A stretch of 17,049 nt of DNA from Octopus sinensis. Lineage: Eukaryota. The stretch lies in assembly GCF_006345805.1 (NCBI RefSeq), contig NW_021825041.1, forward strand, positions 1 through 17,049, given 5' to 3'. Numbering within the stretch: position 1 is the stretch's first letter; every line of letters begins with the position of its first letter. Made by a program: the position numbers and the translations under genes. This document shows, piece after piece, positions 8,720 through 17,049 of the stretch. The notes beneath the pieces are model-generated. The model searched no databases. It saw only the letters and a program-made list of their open reading frames with translations, and was not told the DNA's origin.

Positions 8720-10973
8720 AATTATTATAAGTCTCCCACTGAGGAGGAAGCCGGTTTCTAACAAAGATATAAATCTCCATCTTTGGGTTGTAGTTAACAG
8801 ACAAATTCACATTTGGAACTTGAGAAAAGTCTTGCATATTTTTATTGTTCCACTCACAGATTGCACTTGTATGGTACGAATTACCTGGTCGATTTCTCTT
8901 TCTGAGAATCCCAGTTTATCCAGATTCTCCTTCAAGCATTTACTAACAAGACCTAGTGCTCCGATTATTATTGGTATGAATATGAATTCATAGTCTGGAT
9001 ATAGAAGCTAGAGGTTTCGAAGCAGTTGTCCTTAGATATCCTCTTTTTCTTTGATTTTCAAAGAGATATTTATATCTGCAGGGCAACTGACTTCTATGAT
9101 GGTACATACATTGTCCCTATATCCCAAACAACAATATCCGGTCTGTTATATTTACATTTGACAGAAGTTTCGATGGGAATATTCCACCAGTATTCCTTGA
9201 GTTGGTATTAATAAATGTATTCAATAACAGGGATTTTCTAAGTTTATTTCAGGGCAGTCATTTTTGCGGATAACATTGTAAATTGTTTTAGCAACAGCAT
9301 CGTGCTGCATAGGGAGGTAGTACCGTGACGACATTCTAGGGCACCTGCTAATTGCATGCAAGATGTCTTCCACAGAAACATGACATAGCCTATACATTCA
9401 GTTGCAACTTGGGGTTACAAAGGCGTCACTGTCTCCCTTCTTCACCTGTCAATTTGTGGCAATCTCCTGTTCCTGGATTGCAAACGCATGGCCTTCAAAG
9501 TGTGATGTGATGTAATAATTTTGTGTCCAAAAGAGGCTGTGCTTTGTGTCAATTCTACTGTCTTCTTCAAGCTTCCGGGCAACATACCCATGTATAGTCG
9601 TTTTTTCTTTGTATGCTGAGTGCTTTCCATCCAGGTCTTCTCTGAGGTAAGAGAACCCAGCTTTTTGGGGATTGCATAGGAGATCATCAGGAAGAGAGTG
9701 CTTCTTGGGGAGCTCACTGCCAACTCGTAAAATGTTGCTCACTTCACTTTCTAGCACTGAATTTATATATTTATTTTTGCTGCTGTTGCTTAGCAGGTGC
9801 TGCCTGAGTGATACCATACGGCATTCGAAGGTCGTCTGCACTGATCTCAGGCCTCTACCACCTTCATTTCTTCTTGGGTGATCCTGTCAACATCACTGTT
9901 TCTGTGGAAACTCCCAGATGTCAGGATTTTGCGGGTTTTGGTATCTATGGAGTGGATTTCCTTGGGATCAGCACTGGTACTGCAAAATCATTTTGGGATA
10001 TTGTTTTGTTGTACGAGGAGAGTTCCAACTGCCATATTTTCTAAGTCTGGTGTAATATTCTCGGGTCACTCTATCTTTATTCACAGTGCCTTCATATGAT
10101 ACATTTTCGTTAATGCCTAGGTACTTGTAACATTCTTTATGTGGAATGGAGATAGAGAGACCGTTGATGCACAGGTTTTGGGTTTCTGGGACTGACTTGC
10201 CTCATTCTATAACCAAATATGAACATTTCTTTTGGCCGAATTCCATGCCTTGTATCAGTTGCAAATGTTGTTATTAATTCCATTTGTTTTTTGGCATTGT
10301 TAACACTTTTAGCATAAATCTTCAGGTCGTCTAAAGAAATTATGAGTTACATTGATATTTCTAACAGTTGAAGATTCTAGCATATAACCATTTGTTTCTG
10401 CAGTAGGAACGATAATGGATTCAGTGCCAAAATGAAAAGAGGTACAGAAAGACTATCTCACTGGAATATTCTCTTTGAAATACCTATACTATTAGAAACA
10501 ATTATTCTGTTCTCAGTTGGAAGGATAAGAGTAGTTGTCTATGTCTTTGCGAGTCTCTCTATAGCAGCAGTTAAGATAGTAGGTACCTTTGCCAGGTGTA
10601 GGCACTTCAACAGCCATGAATGAGGTATAGAGTTGAATACCTTCTTATAGTCAAGCCATACTGTCACACGGTTTCTGCGTTGTTTTCTCACTTCAGACAG
10701 TACAGCTTTGTTTATTAAAAGTTGTTCGGCACATCCCCACACTCCCTTCTTTCCACCAGCCTGTTCATCAATCACAATGTTGTTCGACTCACAATGGTCT
10801 TGGAGGAATCGGTTGAGGCAACTTGTGTACAGTTTGTACATAATGTTTAGGCAAGCAAAGGGCCTATAGTTTTCTGCCATCTCGGTGATTTCATTTTTGG
10901 ACAACCAGATTTGTCCTCGCTGTAACAAGCCAATGCTCTATAGCGGTCTGACCTTCCATAGTCCTTTTGAACA
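8720..10973 (-). mobile_element. 5'-truncated, decayed R4/Dong-clade non-LTR retrotransposon (RT + CCHC knuckle + restriction-like endonuclease)
   Basis: RT motifs ENYRPFACLNIMYKL, EQAGGKKGVWGCAEQLLINK, VWLDYKKVFNSIPHSW, IFQ*DSLS (for QGDSLS) and DDLKIYAK (~10330). Then FAIQEQEIAT, a zinc knuckle (Y)RLCHVSVEDILHAISRCP (~9341-9397; first Cys reads Tyr), endonuclease motifs RPDIVVWD (9121-9147) and IIEVSCP (9081-9100), and the C-terminus GTIKICKTFLKFQM* (stop 8807-8809). A short 3' UTR ends in a TAATAA tail. There are many stops and frameshifts. Confidence 0.88.
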
Positions 10974-11017
10974 TGCATAAAGTATATAAACTATATATAG
11001 TTTATATACTTTATGCA
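10974..11017. repeat. Perfect 44-bp palindrome
   Basis: TGCATAAAGTATATAAACTATA|TATAGTTTATATACTTTATGCA. Confidence 0.95.
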
Positions 11018-11879
11018 CAATATAATAGACTTATTACACAGCACTCTCCCATTTTCTCTCTCACTCTTCGCCTTACCCTCTTTTCCTCTCTCCTATCTCT
11101 TTGTATCTCTTTTTCTCTCTTTCTTCGCCTTTCTCTTCAACTATTCACCTGAAAATGTAACTGACGGGCTAAATAATGGGGGAAAAGGAAATTACGCATT
11201 TCACTCACCACCACTTCTTCGGGCCCTCCATTCACCTCCTCCTCCACCTCTCTCCCTAACTCTTCCACATTTCCCTTCTCGCTTATCACGTGAAAGCGTT
11301 ACGGACGGGCTTAGTAACGGAAGAACAGGCAGAATTTATTGTATGTTATTTCTCCATTCCTTCATCCTATCTGTGTCTCCTAATATAAAGTATCAATCGA
11401 GAACAGGGTACGATTAAATTGACTATAACCTTCCTTGTAAAACCTCTGATCAGTTTGCCAAAATTCTAAACAGTTCTATATATTTACATGAATCATTCCA
11501 GCTCAAAATTTTACCAATTCCTATAATTTTATCAATTTTTCCATTCTGCTACGGCGTAAAGTCCCTATATTTGCATTTCTCTTCTATACCATATTATATA
11601 TTATTATTTTCGTTTGAATTCAGTAGGGTTAGGTCACAGAGGAAGGATATGATGGAAAAGGTGATGTCAGAAAAAGTGGCGTGTTGGTCATGGTAGGTCA
11701 GGATTTTGATGCTGACTCGTATATTTGTGGTGTTTTTCTTCTTTCTTTATTTGTTTTTTTTATTATTTTCGAAGCTTTTTAGGTATAGGCTAAGATGTCG
11801 GTAAGGGTTCAAGACTTTCTCGACGCCCAAAATTATGTGAAATACTAAATATCTGTGTGTTTGTAGGTGTGTATGGGTG

Positions 11880-11891
11880 AATATATACATG

Positions 11892-11935
<44 letters not shown>

Positions 11936-12400
11936 TATACACACATACATATGTATATGCATATATATATATGCATATGATGTATATATGCATACAAATA
12001 TAATTATAGATATATTTTAAAACTAACACATAAATGTCTATATACACATGTACGTATATGTATTATTTATATTATATACATATATATATATATATGTGTG
12101 TGTGTGTGTATGTGTGTGTGTGTGAATATATACGTATGAATGAATGTATAAAAACGCAGCATTGTACACACACAGGCATACATATATAAAGAGAGAGATA
12201 TAATTATACACCTATATATATATATATATATGTATACATACATATATATATATATATATATACATATATACATATTTATATGTGTATATATATCTGTATG
12301 TATATATATATATTATGTATATTTATATATGTATATATATATACATATTTATATGTATATGTATATATATATATATTCTATATATATATATATATATATA
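11880..12400. repeat. TA/TG-rich low-complexity tract
   Basis: Direct observation. Confidence 0.9.
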
Positions 12401-12704
12401 CTGATATGTCGTTCTGTCGGCTCTGTGTTGTGCATAGGTGTATGAAGAATCTAGAATAAATTGTGTTTGATGTAAAAATGATAACGACATCACTGTCATA
12501 ATGATCCTACTTCTCGGCAGCATCAACAACAACATCATAATCACCTTTGCGTTCATTTTGGACGTCGATGGAAGCAGCAGCAGTAGAAGCAGCAGCAGCG
12601 ATGACAGTCTTGGCGTCAACATCAGTAGCAGCGACACCTCGTGTATAATAATTCACAAAATGACAGATATAAAACAAATAAATTAATCTTAGAATAAATA
12701 AATT

Positions 12705-12720
12705 ATATACACACACACAT

Positions 12721-12764
<44 letters not shown>

Positions 12765-13071
12765 TTACGTGTATAGATACCTATACTTCTTATATAAATA
12801 CCTGTACATATATATACATATATACATATATACACATATACACATATATGCACATATATACATATATACATATATACACATATGCACATATATACCTTAT
12901 ATACACATATACATATATATGTATATATATATATATATGTGGTGTGTGTGTGGTGTGTGTATGTGTGTGTGTTTGTTTGTCCGTGTACACATATATAGAT
13001 AGACAGATATAGATATGTGTGTATATATAAATATACATATAGATGCATATATATATATGTTCATGTCTATA

Positions 13072-13144
<73 letters not shown>

Positions 13145-13386
13145 GTTGTATATATATAAATATATACTTATATATATGGTTGTATATACATATCTATATA
13201 CTTATATATATGTACATATACACCACATATACCTATGTATCTATGTACGTATATATATATATATACTACATATATATATACATATATATATAGATATATA
13301 TATATATATATATCTATATATATATATACATCCATATATATATAAACTTATGTATATATAGTATATATATTTATTATATATATATT
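12705..13386. repeat. CA/TA/TATC compound low-complexity tract
   Basis: Direct observation. Confidence 0.9.
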
Positions 13387-13671
13387 ATCACAAAGAGAAC
13401 GGTGGAAAAAATCTTGTGTAATAAAAAATGTATGTTAGAGATGATATATTACATGACCGTGTGATAAATTATATATCAACGCTGTCTGATATTTGAGAAT
13501 AGTATCACACTAACCGTGACACATTGCAACCGAAGGTGCTAGCATTATGCCACGATTTTTTATTTATTTATCTAATTATTTGTTATTTTTATTTATAATT
13601 TTTTTATCTTTTAAAAATTGTTTTCTTTTTTTTTGTTACTGAGGGACAAATAATCTAATATTTTTAAGGTT

Positions 13672-14072
13672 GAAATGGTGTTTGAGGTGGTGGTAATTGT
13701 TGGTGGTGTTGTTGTCGTTGTTGTTCTTGGTGGTAGTGGTGGTGGTGGTGGTGGTGGTGGTGGTGATGGTGGTGACGGTGGTTGTGGTTTTGGCGTTGAT
13801 AGTGAAGCTGGTTATTTTGGAACAATTGTTGATTCTAGTGTTGGTGGTAGTGCATGTTGCGATGGTTGTGATTGTAGTTGTGGTGATGGTGGTTGTGGTA
13901 CTGATGATGGTGCTAGTGGTGGTGTGATCGTTGTGTAGTAGTGCTGATGGTGGTGGTGGTGGTAGTGGTGGTGGTAGTGGTGGTGGTGGTGGTGGGGTGG
14001 TGGTGGTGGTGGTGGTGGTGGTGGTGGTGGTAATGGTGGCGGTGATGGTTGCGATGATAGTTTTGACGATGG
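13672..14072. repeat. Degenerate (GGT/GTT/GAT)n trinucleotide tract
   Basis: Near-pure (GGT)n at ~13731-13763 and ~13948-14030, within a GNT-type trinucleotide region. Confidence 0.92.
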
Positions 14073-14089
14073 TCTGTACGTTCAAATGC

Positions 14090-14217
14090 CACCGTGGTCG
14101 ACTTTAGATTTCATCCTATCGCGAGTAAAATAAGTACAGTTCAAGTTCGGGGTCGAAGTAATCGACATTCCCTTCCCCTGAAAAACTGCTGCCCCCGTGG
14201 AAAAAATTTGAAACCAT
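14090..14217 (+). mobile_element. Decayed 3' half of a related SINE
   Basis: CCGTGGTCGACTTTAGATTTCATCC...AAAATAAGTACAGTT...GGGGTCGAAGTAATCGAC. It shares the AATAAGTAC...GGGGTCGA blocks with the minus-strand read of the main SINE family. Confidence 0.5.
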
Positions 14218-14337
14218 GATGAATGTCCATATTGAGCACATACTGTATCCTCAATGACAAGAAGGTAGCCAAAAAATTTCCCTTCAAGGATATTGGAATA
14301 TTTATTTAAGTTATCTATACCTCACTTTGTTTAATGT

Positions 14338-14565
14338 CTCTTTTCCTCTTTTACGTGTTTCAGTCATTTGACTGTGGCCATGCAGGAGCACCGCCTTTAG
14401 TCGAGCAAATAGACACCAGGACTTATTCTTTGTAAGCCTAGTACTTATTCTATCGGTCTCTTTTGATGAACCGCTAAGTTAAGGGGACCTAAACACACCA
14501 TCATCGGTTGTCAAGCAATGTTGGGCGGACAGACACGGACACATAAACATATACACACATACATA

Positions 14566-14609
<44 letters not shown>

Positions 14610-14793
14610 TATATATATATATATGCATATATACGATGGGCTTCTTTCAGTTTCCGTCTACCAAATCCACTCACAAGGCTTTGGTTGGCCTGAGGCTATA
14701 GTAGAAGACACTTGCCCAACGTATCATGCAGTAGAACTTAACCAGGAAACATGGTTCGTAAGCAAGCTACTTACCACAGCCACTTCTACGTAT
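14338..14793 (-). mobile_element. tRNA-derived SINE, main family, copy 6
   Basis: Full-length match to the other copies, with an expanded internal (TA)n. Confidence 0.9.
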
Positions 14794-15446
14794 GTTCAAA
14801 TTTATACCATCCGTGACCATCCCTTCATTTCTGTTTTGTTTCTTTTTGACACTTAATATAAAATCTACTCTAAAACATATGTCCTTTAACTGCTATTATT
14901 ACCATTTAAAATTACCGTTCTACATGTACTTTCGTTTCTACATTAATGAACCAAATATTTTTGTTCCATAATGTAGAAAACCCAGCAAGCATTTCCGAGA
15001 CAATTCAAAAAGTTTTAGCACCATCACCATCACCACCACCACCACCAAAACCAACAACAATACCACAACCAGCAGCTCCACTGCAAGAAGGAGATGAGTG
15101 GTGTCTGTAGGTTGGCGGTGGGGGCAAAGAAAGAGAATTAAATGAAGCACTAATTTCCAAAGCAAACACAAAGAGAGAAAAACACACACTCAAAATAATG
15201 CAAAAAATAAAGAATGTAGTCTAATTATTTAAGATTAATTACATCAATGTTAATGACCTTTAATTAACAAACGATATATGAAAAATGGTTTGCATGAAAC
15301 GGAAGACATTTGGTAGTGGAAAATAGAATAGAGATAAATTCCTGAGTTTTTGTTTTTTGAAATGTGATCGAACGGTAATGAGACATTGTACATTGTATTC
15401 CGAAGATTTTGGCAAATGTCTGCAATGAGAAGGATAAGTGGATCAT

Positions 15447-15805
15447 AAGACGCTCGACCTCTATTCTCTAGAAAAACGACGACGCCGTGGTGATCTCATT
15501 CTCGCTCACAACATCATAAGCGGAAAGCATAACCTCTCGAAAGAGCTGTTCTTCACTCCTGCTGCAGAGCGTGGGCTGCGGGGCCACTCCGAAAAGCTCT
15601 ATCTACGACGATTTTATCTCAATCGAAGGAGAGGGGCTTCCTACGTCCGCGTTGCGGATCATTGGAATAAGCTGCCGGACGAGATTCCGAGGACAGCTCG
15701 GTTCAAAGACTCTCTTGACCAGAAATGGCCTGAACTCTTTGCATGAACACCCTCCCTGTACATAACTCCATGTCCCCCTACATGGCCTTGCGTCTTGCTC
15801 TTTGT
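15447..15805 (+). mobile_element. CR1-like LINE 3' fragment
   Basis: KTLDLYSLEKRRRRGDLILAHNIISG...RGLRGHSEKL...VRVADHWNKLP...KWPELFA* matches the CR1 ORF2 C-terminus (L-x-x-RR-x-RGDLI, RGH-x-x-KL, RV-x-x-x-WN-x-LP). A short 3' UTR follows the stop at 15744-15746. Confidence 0.85.
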
Positions 15806-15886
15806 CTACCCGGGTGCTGGTACGGAGCGGATCATTTCAATATTTACTGATCCGCTAGGTTCAGTAACATCAAAAAGCACAACTTT

Positions 15887-15953
15887 CTATGTATGTATGT
15901 ATGTATGTATGTATGTATGTATGTATGTATGTATGTATGTATGTATGTATGTA
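15887..15953. repeat. (TATG)n microsatellite
   Basis: Direct observation. Confidence 0.95.
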
Positions 15954-16062
15954 CGTACCTCCCGACGATGGTTTGGAGTAATTGATTATTGGATTACATT
16001 TACATATGGATTGCAATAGACATGATGAATTCTCTTTGATTTCGTCGATTCTTACCACTTAT

Positions 16063-16104
<42 letters not shown>

Positions 16105-16136
16105 TATTCAATGGTCTTGCTCGTAATATGAAATGA

Positions 16137-16207
<71 letters not shown>

Positions 16208-16610
16208 ATGAGAGAACAACCACTATTATGTAATTCAAACAATGATAGGCGTAAAACATATCATATAGAACAAATAAAATATATGATAAAACATTTACCT
16301 AGATCACAATAAATTACATAATAATAAATAAGCAGTATATACTTAGTATTAAAATTTAATAATAAATTGAATTTTTCCCTGTAAGTTTGGAGTTATGCTC
16401 CCTAATATTGTTATTATTATATATACATATATATATAATTCGAGATGATAGATCGGTAGCCACTACACACATATTTTTCTCTCCTTGTTTCTTTCTGTGT
16501 TCCTTTGTGTTAAAGAGCGTAGGCTCGAAACTTAAAAGACTTTTTTCAATTCCCGAGCGTTTGTTTTCTACACCACCTTTTTTCGTCTTTTGTTTTTTCC
16601 GTGAATTCTC

Positions 16611-16614
<4 letters not shown>

Positions 16615-16652
<38 letters not shown>

Positions 16653-16762
16653 GAGAGATAGAGAGAAAGAGAAAGAGACAGACAGAGACAGATAGAAAGA
16701 GAAAGCAAGAGTCAGACAGACACGCAGATAGGAAAACAGAGACTGACAGAGACAGAGATAAA
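16615..16762. repeat. (TA)n followed by (GA/GACA)-rich low-complexity tract
   Basis: Direct observation. Confidence 0.9.
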
Positions 16763-17049
16763 GAGACCTTATTTCCACCGATTGAATTTTCCATTAGTGT
16801 GGATATTCCTTATGTATCGCCGTTTCCTTCAGCTGTAGATAATAGTAAAAGATCGAGGGTTATGTCACACGACTTGCGATGAAGACGATGAAATTTGCGA
16901 CACACGTGATTTACTAAATTTACAAAACTGGGCATTCAGTGGGTACAGTTGATGAAACACGCAGAGGGAATAGGAAAACGTAAGTCTGCAAATGGCGTCG
17001 ATATGCACGAAGGCAATTCTCCAATAACAGAAATACACGCTAACTCATA

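Noticed and set aside
7715-8721. Long ORFs of up to 273 aa (MYVC/HTYI repeats)
   Set aside because: They are stop-free translations of the (TATG)n/(CATG)n microsatellite in several frames on both strands, with no coding signature.
12323-12740. Ser-, Ala- and Leu-rich ORFs over a CAG/CAA/CAT-rich patch
   Set aside because: This is a degenerate trinucleotide patch between TA arrays, with no recognisable protein motif.
13636-14085. Thr/Pro-rich, Gly-rich and Val-rich ORFs resembling mucin or extensin
   Set aside because: Trinucleotide low-complexity DNA is open in several frames on both strands, and no splice context or unique domain supports an exon.
207-14793. Dispersed repeats as a CRISPR array, or SINE heads as tRNA genes
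   Set aside because: The repeats are ~400-bp dispersed SINEs without regular spacers, and the DNA is eukaryotic. The heads have A/B-box-like motifs but continue into SINE body sequence, and I could not fold a full cloverleaf.
15826-15856. 9-bp stem hairpin AGCGGATCA/TGATCCGCT downstream of the CR1 fragment
   Set aside because: It is short and could arise by chance or belong to an unidentified repeat. There is no evidence for function.

Overview
This is AT-rich, repeat-dense eukaryotic non-coding DNA (intergenic or intronic). The repeat families strongly resemble those of Octopus genomes; this taxon call is pattern recognition, not a database result. I can support no intact host gene, and the long ORFs in the track are translations of microsatellites. 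The window holds six antisense copies of one tRNA-derived SINE and two fragments of other SINEs. It also holds a 5'-truncated, decayed R4/Dong-type LINE (RT, CCHC knuckle, restriction-like endonuclease), a CR1 3' fragment, two RTE-like 3' fragments, a probable LINE 3' UTR, a decayed Tc1/mariner transposase and many simple repeats. Four observations stand out. (1) A perfect 132-bp palindrome (1632-1763) carries a minimal type I hammerhead ribozyme motif on each strand. (2) An exact templated copy of the transposase C-terminal segment is inserted five codons into its own ORF, with microhomology at both junctions. (3) A perfect 44-bp palindrome sits at the LINE 5' truncation point. (4) A roughly 85-96 bp higher-order period appears inside a ~950-bp (TATG)n/(CATG)n microsatellite. 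No evidence of a novel protein-coding system was found.
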